IMG/VR virus record: IMGVR_UViG_3300018080_000111
Strand: one strand, 5' to 3'
DNA length: 64,000 bases
Source: a virus
Lineage: Duplodnaviria; Heunggongvirae; Uroviricota; Caudoviricetes
The notes beneath the pieces were generated by a model. That model was not told the DNA's origin and did no database searches. It saw nothing but the letters and a program-made list of their open reading frames with translations. Within the stretch, counting starts at the first letter, position 1; each line of letters opens with the position of its first letter. The translations under genes were made by a program, and so were the position numbers. Shown here piece by piece: positions 27,263 through 36,144 of this stretch.

Positions 27263-27698
27263 CTTTCTTCTCACTGTAAAAGGCAAATTTCAATAACTTC
27301 TTGAATTCTTTATCTTCTTTCTCTTTCAAACAACTATTCATTAAAGGAAGGAAACTAACCCCATTCTCTTTACAAATAAAGGACTTCTTCTTATCCCTTG
27401 CCATTTGTTTCCTATCCGTAAGATGCTGGAATCCTCCTGGCTCTATTGCACATACTAACTTTCCGTGTCGGAATACTGAAATGTCAATATGTGCATTTTT
27501 GTTCTTCCAGAAACTCTTGTATTTAGATGGCTCAGGAAAGAGTTCATATAGAGGCTGTTTTACAACAAAAGCCAGTTTTGGAAAACTTCGTTGTAGCCAA
27601 CAAACGAACTCCTCAATTGTTTTATTATCCGAATACATAAAGTAAAACCCCGACCAAGCATAATAATATGCAAGCACAATCGCTATCGGAAAATACAT
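27255..27698 (-). CDS. PD-(D/E)XK-like endonuclease (DUF559/DUF2726-like)
   Basis: HIDISV...AIEPGGFQH...QMARDKKKSFICKENGV; the SD is the 3' arm of the array hairpin; the stop overlaps the RAMP gene start. Confidence 0.55.
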   Translation of the reverse strand: MYFPIAIVLAYYYAWSGFYFMYSDNKTIEEFVCWLQRSFPKLAFVVKQPLYELFPEPSKYKSFWKNKNAHIDISVFRHGKLVCAIEPGGFQHLTDRKQMARDKKKSFICKENGVSFLPLMNSCLKEKEDKEFKKLLKFAFYSEKKDG

Positions 27699-27800
27699 CC
27701 TCCCTTGGATATGGCTGGGAGTAATAAAATGGAACGGAACGCAACACAACTTAACTTAATTTAAAACAATGCAACTTAACAAAACTTAATTCAACATAAT
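27698..27800 (-). ncRNA. Pentamer array A (16 RTT-NN units) with 3' hairpin; putative gapped guide RNA
   Basis: 27721-27800 parses exactly into 16 NN-AAY units on the plus strand (one unit ttaaa), followed on the minus strand by the CTCCC-N12-GGGAG hairpin shared with array B. Confidence 0.85.
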
Positions 27801-28324
27801 TAGAAATCATTTTCCAGATTCCTTTCCTCTTCTACTTCTCTTTCAAAGGACTTATCGAGTTCTCTTTCCTCCCCTAATAAACTCTGGTTCCCGTAATATT
27901 TATGAACAAACAAAGATACTAAACTTTGCAGCATACTCTTTCTTTGTCCCATACTATCTACTAGGATGGAGAAACCATCAGCTACTTTTGAAACCTCAAT
28001 AAGATCCCTTTTAGCCTCCTGATACGATTCTTGAATTGTTAAGGTTTCATTCACCGCGTCATTCGTTACTTTTCCCATAAGCCCAAATTCTTCTGGATTC
28101 CTTCGGATTCTTGATTTGAGATCAGCCTCCAAAAAATCTAGAGTATCTTTTGCCCTTTTTGCCAAGGATTTAGCAAGAGTGGATAACTCCCCAATTTCAT
28201 GATAAAGTTGCGGTTGTCTTCGACAAGCCTCATCAAGTTCATGAGCATTAATAGGAAGATTGGCTTTACACTCCTGTAAGGACTCTTGTAAATCATTTAA
28301 TTCGGATTCAAGTTCTTGATTCAT
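27800..28324 (-). CDS. UvsY-like recombination mediator
   Basis: Helical protein (INAHELDEACRRQPQLY...KVTNDAVNE) lying between SSB and recA. Confidence 0.6.
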   Translation of the reverse strand: MNQELESELNDLQESLQECKANLPINAHELDEACRRQPQLYHEIGELSTLAKSLAKRAKDTLDFLEADLKSRIRRNPEEFGLMGKVTNDAVNETLTIQESYQEAKRDLIEVSKVADGFSILVDSMGQRKSMLQSLVSLFVHKYYGNQSLLGEERELDKSFEREVEEERNLENDF

Positions 28325-28339
28325 ATTAATTCTCCAAAG

Positions 28340-28771
28340 TCAAAGGATACAAATCACAAATGCTATAAAAGCAATGAGCGTTAGAAGTACTCCCCCGATA
28401 CAAAATAGGCCGACTTCCGATTTTAAGAATTCATGAACCATGGATCTTTCCAGAGTATCCAATTTTTCCATCATTGGAAATCTTTCAAGATCCTCGGAAA
28501 CCGCATCTTCTACCATGGAATCCCATTCCATTTCTTCTGGAGTTTTTCCTCTCAAAAATTCTCCTGGAAAGAATCCTTCATCTAAATCCGCATCGGTTCT
28601 ACTCATTGCTTCGTAACATTCTTCGTGCATGTAGTCCGCATTAAAATCACCATCAAACGTATATACCCGATAGCGTGCTTTGGTTCCACTTTCAATCTTT
28701 TCGTCGCACCAAATACATTGATGATCCTTCCTTGTCTTAACCCACTTACTTTGGATTTCTTCAAAGGACAT
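28340..28771 (-). CDS. Hypothetical Zn-binding protein with C-terminal TM segment
   Basis: KTRKDHQCIWC...HEEC; hydrophobic tail. Confidence 0.55.
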   Translation of the reverse strand: MSFEEIQSKWVKTRKDHQCIWCDEKIESGTKARYRVYTFDGDFNADYMHEECYEAMSRTDADLDEGFFPGEFLRGKTPEEMEWDSMVEDAVSEDLERFPMMEKLDTLERSMVHEFLKSEVGLFCIGGVLLTLIAFIAFVICIL

Positions 28772-29730
28772 TACTCTTCCCCCGCTTTCGCTCTTTTTGC
28801 CTGTTCCAAACGCTGTTGTACCTTCTCCTTTATGCTACTTGATCTGGCAGTTCCAGCACTTCTGGTAGTCTCCGTTCTCTTGGGTTCCTTTTTCACCTCT
28901 TCTGCTGGTGGTGCTTCTTCTTCAACAACTTCTTCTTGTTCTTTAGCTGCTGATCTTCTCCGGGGCGGTTCCTCTTCCACTACTTCATCTGGAGTATCGT
29001 CAGTTGAATCATCGGTTGAATCTTCCTCTGGGGTATTTTCACCACATAAAGCTTCCCTGATCTCCTCTTCGGGGGACATCTTTAAAATATCCTCAAACTC
29101 TGGAAGATCCTCATACCACTCGTCTGGACAGGGATCCGAAGTATGTAAATCCACACCCACGTACTCGTATTTCTTTCCTTCTTTGGTTTGCTCAAAGGAA
29201 ATATCTCGACCGTCCTTTGGATGACTTATGTCGATCCATTTCTTATGATCTGCCCCATCCTCAGATCCTCCTCTTCTTTTATTCTTAGATCTGGAGCGAA
29301 TTTCATTAAACAACTTAACAGGACAATCAAACCAACGAACCCCCTTTGCCATTTCAGCATCACTAGAAACATCAACAACAAAGAATAAATACCTTCTTGA
29401 AGCGTAAAGGGCTGCCGCTCTCTTATCTTGAGGATCCTCTTTTCGGAAAGCATCTGCTTGATCACAAATCAGGCAGGGTTGATCAAACATTCTTTTGTAG
29501 CATAGGAAGGCTTTCCGGTTGACCCCAACATTACTATGCCTAAAGATTTCCAGGCCGTAAAACCCTTCCCTAGTAGGAGGAAAGACGATCCGAATCATAT
29601 TCTCTCCAATGCTGGGCTTATACCGGGTTATCCCTAAACGTTCCAATTTGGCAGTATCCACATAGTTAAAGTAGTTTCCTCCACCACTCTTTGAGAATTC
29701 TTTCTCCATTGCTGAACTTCTATCTACCAT
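28771..29730 (-). CDS. Single-stranded DNA-binding protein (gp32-like)
   Basis: GENMIRIVFPP, H..C..CLIC Zn ligands, RRYLFFVVD, long acidic tail. Confidence 0.75.
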   Translation of the reverse strand: MVDRSSAMEKEFSKSGGGNYFNYVDTAKLERLGITRYKPSIGENMIRIVFPPTREGFYGLEIFRHSNVGVNRKAFLCYKRMFDQPCLICDQADAFRKEDPQDKRAAALYASRRYLFFVVDVSSDAEMAKGVRWFDCPVKLFNEIRSRSKNKRRGGSEDGADHKKWIDISHPKDGRDISFEQTKEGKKYEYVGVDLHTSDPCPDEWYEDLPEFEDILKMSPEEEIREALCGENTPEEDSTDDSTDDTPDEVVEEEPPRRRSAAKEQEEVVEEEAPPAEEVKKEPKRTETTRSAGTARSSSIKEKVQQRLEQAKRAKAGEE

Positions 29731-29794
29731 AATTCACCTCGATCAAAATAGAGTTATTTGTCTTCATCATATTATACTGGAAATTTACTTGTTT

Positions 29795-30751
29795 TTAATC
29801 AAAAAGACAGATTTTTGTAATTAGAGCAACTAGTGAGTTCTTTTTCCCGTAAAAGGTATTAGTCGATCCCAGAATATCTAAAATCCGAGAAAGGTCCTTT
29901 GCATATTCGATATCCGTCGGATCTATTTTTAAGAGTTGTTTTCTCATGAAGGACATAATCCCCACGCGGACGGCTTCCGGTTCCTGTTCCAATTTCTCCA
30001 CCTCTATTACTGCCTTCTTCCAATTCTTCTTCCTCTTCTCCGGGGTCGTAATGAGTAATTGGCATAAGGTAAAGAAATCCCCATCCTCCTGCAATTGGAT
30101 CTCTGAAGCAATGATATCTGCTAATTCGTCCGGATCTTCTATATCCTGAATCTTCTCAAGTAAAATTAATGCGCTTCTGGGAGTTCTATCACAGTTCGAT
30201 GCAATTAGTTCCAGTATTTCCCCATCAATTTCCATTTCCTGTAGCTTACAAGCTCTTTTTAATATTTCAACGATATCGGCGGATTTTAATTTTTCTACTT
30301 TATATTCTGTTGCTCGGTTCTTTAGCGGTGCATGAATCTTCTCTGGGTTCGTAGTTGTCAGAATAAAGTACACGTGAAGTGGGGTGTTCTCTGTATCCTC
30401 GAGAAACGCTCTTTGTGCATCCAAAGTCATTCCATGGCATTCGTCCAAAATATAAGTTATGCATCCCCCACCTAAAGGAGAAAATTTCATCTCTTCAATC
30501 ACTTCTCGAACAGTTTCTATCCCTCTAGTGTTGGCAGCATTAAGAATTTGGATATTAGAATCCTTTGTTCCGAATTCCGTGGCAAGAATTCTTGCAAGAG
30601 TAGATTTACCACATCCCTTCGGGCCACTAAGTAGAATAGTATGTGGACGATCCTTGGGATCTCTTTTCACTACAGATCTCAGACCACATACCGTGGATCT
30701 ATTACCCACCACTTCTGAGAATGACTTTGGACGCACATTTTGATATAGCAT
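29795..30751 (-). CDS. dnaX: Clamp loader, DnaX (gamma/tau)-like
   Basis: LYQNVRPKSFSEVVGN, GPKGCGKST, NAANTRGIE, ILDECH, FILTTT. Confidence 0.9.
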   Translation of the reverse strand: MLYQNVRPKSFSEVVGNRSTVCGLRSVVKRDPKDRPHTILLSGPKGCGKSTLARILATEFGTKDSNIQILNAANTRGIETVREVIEEMKFSPLGGGCITYILDECHGMTLDAQRAFLEDTENTPLHVYFILTTTNPEKIHAPLKNRATEYKVEKLKSADIVEILKRACKLQEMEIDGEILELIASNCDRTPRSALILLEKIQDIEDPDELADIIASEIQLQEDGDFFTLCQLLITTPEKRKKNWKKAVIEVEKLEQEPEAVRVGIMSFMRKQLLKIDPTDIEYAKDLSRILDILGSTNTFYGKKNSLVALITKICLFD

Positions 30752-30863
30752 TTCAATACCCTCCCTTTATGGTTAAGTTATTGAATGTTTGGATCTGCCG
30801 GAGTTTGAATCAAAACAGCCGCGACTATAATGGTAAATATAATCTTTTTCATTTTTAACCTTT

Positions 30864-31886
30864 CTAATTCAAAACTCGATGACATTGAGAACAAAGCTCA
30901 TGATTCTTTGTTACATGACCAGCTACATTTTGCAGTCTACTTGAAGCCATAGGGGACAAAGTCTCATTATGCGTAGCGACCCTTGTTATACAATTCCATA
31001 AATCGTACATCGTCTGAACATTAGATGAGGTAGCCTGATCTTGGACTACCTCAATAATTTTCTTAGATATATGATGATCTCGCCGAATTCCCTCCAAAAC
31101 CTCAGGGATATGCCCTCTTACAGAAATTGAAGTTAAATGGGAAATTCTTTCGAATTCTCTATCCAATTTACTGTCCGCATCTCCAATAATCTCATGGAAC
31201 CAATCATCCAAACCATCTCCACGTTTCTTTCTGGTGAAAGTCCCCAACCTTTCAGAGGAAATCGCCCCGTTCGAGCACCACTGCCGAAAGATGTAAGGAG
31301 ACACTTCTACCACGTCTTTCCCTAAAATACTATTTTGAATTTGAATTCCTCCGTAAAGTATATCTGTGGGTTCCGAATTTAAGGGAGTAAAACTTTTATC
31401 CGTTACTATCCCCATTCTACTGTACCCTAAATTCGTGCTAACCTGGTGGAATCCCAATATTCTGTCTCCTAGATTGGCTTCGGCTGCTCTTAATAATCTC
31501 TCATTGGAAATCACTTGGGTTTTTACCCGATCTTTTGTCATACCAATTAGTTGATCTCCTTGAGAAATTGCTCGAATTGGTGCGGACATCCCTTCTCCAA
31601 AGAAATAGTCAAGGTGAGGAAAGAGTAGATTTGCTGGACATTTACCAGTATACTTTCGAGTCAATCCAACACATTTTGCTACGTCAAGAAAAGCAGAAGG
31701 AATTATTTGTAAATCCCTTCCCCCCAAATCCACAACGGGCTCGTCCTTGGAACCATGAAAACGAACTTCCAGATTATCCCCGGGCTTCAGATCTGTAAAT
31801 TCCAAATTTTCCGTGGGGGCCAAAGTTGCCGTAACTTCATCTCTATTCAGAAGTTTAAGATCACTTGGTTTTGTTTTCTCACTCAT
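30864..31886 (-). CDS. DUF932-like protein
   Basis: GGIQIQNS...FRQWCSNGAI...TMYDLWNCIT. Confidence 0.6.
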   Translation of the reverse strand: MSEKTKPSDLKLLNRDEVTATLAPTENLEFTDLKPGDNLEVRFHGSKDEPVVDLGGRDLQIIPSAFLDVAKCVGLTRKYTGKCPANLLFPHLDYFFGEGMSAPIRAISQGDQLIGMTKDRVKTQVISNERLLRAAEANLGDRILGFHQVSTNLGYSRMGIVTDKSFTPLNSEPTDILYGGIQIQNSILGKDVVEVSPYIFRQWCSNGAISSERLGTFTRKKRGDGLDDWFHEIIGDADSKLDREFERISHLTSISVRGHIPEVLEGIRRDHHISKKIIEVVQDQATSSNVQTMYDLWNCITRVATHNETLSPMASSRLQNVAGHVTKNHELCSQCHRVLN

Positions 31887-32064
31887 TTTATTCTTCCTTT
31901 ATTGTAGTTTATTTTCTTCCTGTATTATTATACTGTTTTGATCCTTTTGGTTTCAAAATTATCTTATCTGGCTGGATACTATATTTTCATTAGGATAAGT
32001 CCAACAATAGAATCCACATCTTCTCCATCGATTAGTATTACTAAATCAAGTTTGGTTAGCTTTT

Positions 32065-34689
32065 TCATACTGCCATCAACTCCTTAAAAGTTTTTGAGGA
32101 CAACTCATACCAATTAGTACAACTGGCTTCCCACTCGACTGCTAATGGAACACATTGCCAATCGAAACGTTTCGCTAAGAGTATCTCATTGGATAATTGA
32201 ACCAGATCTTCGAATTCCTCAGGAACCACATCAAAATCAATTGAATCGTGGGTTTCCAAAAAAGCTTGAGATTCCATTCCTCTTTGAACCATCTCATCAT
32301 CAATTCTTTGTAAGGCATCTAAGAGTAGATGAAAAGCCAATCCTTGAATATTATTATTGAATAATTGATAATAACTTAGAGGACCCGGACGTTTACATCC
32401 AAGAGGACTCACATAACAACCATTCTCATTATAGTACTTTATTTGATCATTCTGCCATTCTCGAACATCTGGATATTCCTTCCAAAAGTCAGCAAAAACT
32501 TTAGCAATATGTTCCTGAGATACTCTTCCTCGGAACCCCTCATACCGTACCATCGCCTTAGGTTGAGATCCATAGAAGGAGGGAAAAATAAACCCGTTCT
32601 TAGAGTAGTATCTATCATCTTTAGTAATTTCTTCCAGAGCCTTGGAGTATAGTAGGACAGCCCATCTTCTGTGGGTATCCCACGGATTTATTTTATTAGG
32701 ATGTTCCAGATCCCACTGCCGCATTTTATGGAGTTGATTTACCAGTTCTGAATCCTTGGACATCATTGCAATGCCACACACTTCCATTCCGGAATAATCT
32801 ACCTGCAATAATAAATTTCCCGGTCTGGGAATGATAATCTTACGGAAAACCTGAAGCTCTTCGTCATGTTTATATATGTTTTGTACGGATGGATCATTCG
32901 CTGAACTCCGGTATGTAGCGGCAATATTCATATTGAAGGTAGGATGGATTCGGGAATTTGGGTCAAGGAACTTCTTATATGTTTTTACTCTTTTAGGTAT
33001 GCTACCACACTTTCGATACCGAAGAATGTTAGAGATGAATCTTCGGACGTTATCATTCTTGGTTTTTCCGGACACCTCTACTAATGCGGGTTCGTCCGTT
33101 TTTCCTTTCTTCGTCTTTTCTGTTTCCTGAAGGATGGGTTCCTTCCATAAATCATATATAATCTTTCCTATCTGAGGACCAGAATTTGGATTAAATTTCT
33201 TGGTTTTTCCTTTACTATCCTCAATGGATTCGAACTCTTTGACCTTATCTGTATTCCTAATTTTTTCTAGTAGTTCTTCACCCTCTTCAGTAAATTGATC
33301 ATAAAGCTCCATCATCATCTTCTGATCAATTAATATTCCACGATGCTTTAGATTTGCGAGACACGGAAGACAAGAGGTTAACCAATTATTAAATCTACTT
33401 CTTTCCGGGTCAATAGAAAGTCTTCTTTGTTGGTCATAGTAAGAATTTAAAGTGTGCCTGGTATCCCAATTATTATAGTTTGAAGTATCCTCTAAGGTCT
33501 CCTTTTGTAGGTCAACCACGTCAACCATTTTCTTGTAATCATGTCCGGTTAACTGATATGCCTGAAATCCCAGACCAGTAGTTCCCCTTTGACAATTTAG
33601 AACATGGGCGGTAACCATTGTATCGTGGATAAAATTATTCATGGATGTGCCAAAGAAAACTCTTCCCCAAAGTTCCTCCATATAATAATTTTGGACTACT
33701 TTTGGTGCATCGCTTTTAAGGAACCGAGAAAATGCCCCCGTTATTTTAGATAACTGATCATCAGAAAAGATCCTTTTTCCATCCTGAAGGAAATTAATGG
33801 GAATACAAGCAGCAGAGTCCACCTCATTGGTAATAGATACGGTTAAGATTTTGGACTCTTTTTCGTAAGGAGAAAGAATATTTGTTTCAAAGTCATGACA
33901 AACCGGGGATTCGGATGCCGACATATATTCTAAGATATCTATGGCCTCTTGATAATCGGTTATTAACTCGTTTCCTTCTTCGGTAAACGGTTTCGGCAGT
34001 GGCTCGTCAAGGAAAGAGATTATATCAGCCATGTCATTGATGAAGACTATGTCATCATTTTTTAGGCCTTTGTCTTTCTTTTGCCTGCAGAAGAAGGAAG
34101 GATGATATGAACACCCCACCCAAGAATTGTACTTTTGGATTGGGAAGACCAATCCATGGGTTCCAGATGCAGTGAAGGAAGATAGTCCTTTCGTATTCAC
34201 AAGGGATTGAATTGCTTTAGTCCCAAGAGAAATAATCAGTTTGGGTTTTACTTCTTCAATATCCTTCTGAAGATTGGATGAACAACACAAAATCTGATCA
34301 TTTGTAGGAGCTACGTCCCTTCCTTTTTTGTCCAGTCCAGGAAAGCATTGAACTATATTAGTTCTGATACAATCCTTGTCCATATCTATTCCTACGTAGG
34401 ACAAGGCTCTTCGCAGGAACTTTCCGGAAGCACCAACAAAGGGGATACCATACCTATCCTCCGATCTTCCAGGGCAAAGACCGACAATAAGAATGCCCTT
34501 TCCTCCCTTTCCATATCTTTGCATTTTAGGGGACTTACATTTGGATTTTAATCCACAAGAGTCACAGTTGTAGATCTTCTCCTTTCTTGGTTTAGAGGAA
34601 GTAGACCTTTTCTTCTTCTCGAAAAGTTCGGGATGCTCTTGCTGATATATTTCAAGGGGAGATAGAAAGAATGCTTTTTGTTTTGCCAT
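32065..34689 (-). CDS. polA: Family A DNA polymerase with N-terminal family-4 UDG-like domain (SPO1-type architecture)
   Basis: UDG: ILIVGLCPG..ED..GIPFVGASG, YHPS; exonuclease DFET; pol motifs DYSGME, KNGFIFPSFYG, ETHDS; start set at MAKQKAFF. Confidence 0.92.
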   Translation of the reverse strand: MAKQKAFFLSPLEIYQQEHPELFEKKKRSTSSKPRKEKIYNCDSCGLKSKCKSPKMQRYGKGGKGILIVGLCPGRSEDRYGIPFVGASGKFLRRALSYVGIDMDKDCIRTNIVQCFPGLDKKGRDVAPTNDQILCCSSNLQKDIEEVKPKLIISLGTKAIQSLVNTKGLSSFTASGTHGLVFPIQKYNSWVGCSYHPSFFCRQKKDKGLKNDDIVFINDMADIISFLDEPLPKPFTEEGNELITDYQEAIDILEYMSASESPVCHDFETNILSPYEKESKILTVSITNEVDSAACIPINFLQDGKRIFSDDQLSKITGAFSRFLKSDAPKVVQNYYMEELWGRVFFGTSMNNFIHDTMVTAHVLNCQRGTTGLGFQAYQLTGHDYKKMVDVVDLQKETLEDTSNYNNWDTRHTLNSYYDQQRRLSIDPERSRFNNWLTSCLPCLANLKHRGILIDQKMMMELYDQFTEEGEELLEKIRNTDKVKEFESIEDSKGKTKKFNPNSGPQIGKIIYDLWKEPILQETEKTKKGKTDEPALVEVSGKTKNDNVRRFISNILRYRKCGSIPKRVKTYKKFLDPNSRIHPTFNMNIAATYRSSANDPSVQNIYKHDEELQVFRKIIIPRPGNLLLQVDYSGMEVCGIAMMSKDSELVNQLHKMRQWDLEHPNKINPWDTHRRWAVLLYSKALEEITKDDRYYSKNGFIFPSFYGSQPKAMVRYEGFRGRVSQEHIAKVFADFWKEYPDVREWQNDQIKYYNENGCYVSPLGCKRPGPLSYYQLFNNNIQGLAFHLLLDALQRIDDEMVQRGMESQAFLETHDSIDFDVVPEEFEDLVQLSNEILLAKRFDWQCVPLAVEWEASCTNWYELSSKTFKELMAV

Positions 34690-34693
34690 AAGA

Positions 34694-34933
34694 TTATTGA
34701 TATCTTCGTTTTGTACCGGACTCTTTTTCTGAGATGAATCCAAATACTTCCAACTGGAGTTGTTCTGGCCATTCCTCCTGGGTATGCCAAGCACCACAAG
34801 AACAAGGACCACTTAACATATCATATTCACTTCCTCCGTTAAAGAAATGCCCCATATATTCTGCAGGCATATTTGCGAATCCATTTTTTGGATTAAAACA
34901 ATCCGAGTGTCTATTTATCTGAAATTCATCCAT
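34694..34933 (-). CDS. Small Cys/His-containing protein
   Basis: RHSDC...SGPCSCGAWH. Confidence 0.5.
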   Translation of the reverse strand: MDEFQINRHSDCFNPKNGFANMPAEYMGHFFNGGSEYDMLSGPCSCGAWHTQEEWPEQLQLEVFGFISEKESGTKRRYQ

Positions 34934-35100
34934 AATATACCCACGAGTTGTAGCACAAAACTGCGGCCAAAGCAGCTAATACCGAAATTCCACCAAGAAG
35001 CCAATAGAACATAGGTTCTTTTACTTTCAAAAGGACATCAAAGATAAGCCCCCCAAAGGAAAAAAGTAGCAATAAAAGTATAATTGAAAAATAAACCATT

Positions 35101-36135
35101 CTACACCTTCGTCTGAATTAATACTTGTAGTTTGTCAGAATCCAAAAGGATAATTCTTTCCTCTGGATGATACAGAAACTTTCCTTTTCCATACTGAAGA
35201 ACCTCAAATACGAGGGAGGGATTCACAACGAATTTATGTTCTCCAATATCCGATTCTAATCCGACGGACTCAACCAGATTTCCACTTCCTTTGCTTTCAG
35301 AAAACAAAGTACAAGAACTATCCAAGATCTCGAACCGAGTCTCCTTATCAAAGAAATCCACTCCTCCTAAAAAGCTCTTTAAGTGTCTTTCTAGAACTCC
35401 TCCTAAATCAGATTCAAAAACCAGATCTGAAAAACTTTCCTTATCTATTTGTTCGAAATACTCCTCAAGATTTGGAAAATCATCCAGGTAGATTGAGCTT
35501 TGTATCATCGATCCATCTTCTAGGATAACATAGAAAAGATTTTCCAGGAGACCATACCTATGAATCCTCTCCCGATTCTTTAATACTATATCAACAAATT
35601 TGGCGGGGATGGTAAACGGATCTATTCCAGAAGAAATTCCTAGAGTATACCTATGTATACGGAATCGATCGGTTGAATATATTTTAGACCCCTCAACTCG
35701 TATGCCTCCAATTGATCCGGAAGTCTTTTCCTTACAAACCCCAAATCGGCAAAGGCGGAGACCTTCCAATAGATCCGGACAAATGCTAAGATTTTTAGCA
35801 CCTTCAGTATTAGGAAGTTCAACCTCTCTTGGTTTTTCTACCCGAAATTTCCCTTGAACCTTATTTGTCTTTACAACCAGATTGGTGTCCTTCATTACTA
35901 AGGTAACTTCTTCCGAAGAAATATTTCTCAGAAGATTAAGAAAAGAGTCCGCCTTAATCGAGAAGGATTCTTCTGGAATTGGGTTCTGGGTAAAGGAGGT
36001 TGTCTGCCCATCCGTAGCGAAGAGGGTATCTCCATTAAAATGGAAGTTCTGATGATCGAGAACAAAAGAACCTCTACCTACCGCGGGAAGGACAAATTCT
36101 AATTTTTCTATAAGTTCGTTTCTATTTATTTTCAT
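35101..36135 (-). CDS. dnaN: Sliding clamp (DNA pol III beta-like)
   Basis: INRNELIEKLEFV, LFATDG, IYSTDRFRI, FTIPAKF, FPN; 344 aa. Confidence 0.75.
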   Translation of the reverse strand: MKINRNELIEKLEFVLPAVGRGSFVLDHQNFHFNGDTLFATDGQTTSFTQNPIPEESFSIKADSFLNLLRNISSEEVTLVMKDTNLVVKTNKVQGKFRVEKPREVELPNTEGAKNLSICPDLLEGLRLCRFGVCKEKTSGSIGGIRVEGSKIYSTDRFRIHRYTLGISSGIDPFTIPAKFVDIVLKNRERIHRYGLLENLFYVILEDGSMIQSSIYLDDFPNLEEYFEQIDKESFSDLVFESDLGGVLERHLKSFLGGVDFFDKETRFEILDSSCTLFSESKGSGNLVESVGLESDIGEHKFVVNPSLVFEVLQYGKGKFLYHPEERIILLDSDKLQVLIQTKV

Positions 36136-36144
36136 TTTAGTCCT

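Noticed and set aside
26678-27800. Classical CRISPR-Cas locus
   Set aside because: No cas1/2/3/5/6/10 and no 25-40 bp repeat-spacer array next to the RAMP gene; the repeat unit is 5 bp.
13663-27800. Pentamer arrays as simple microsatellites or coding repeats
   Set aside because: The constant-3/variable-2 pattern, shared terminal hairpin and two independent decodings to nearby genes are not expected from slippage; the overlapping ORF extension (27699-27749) is a track artefact.
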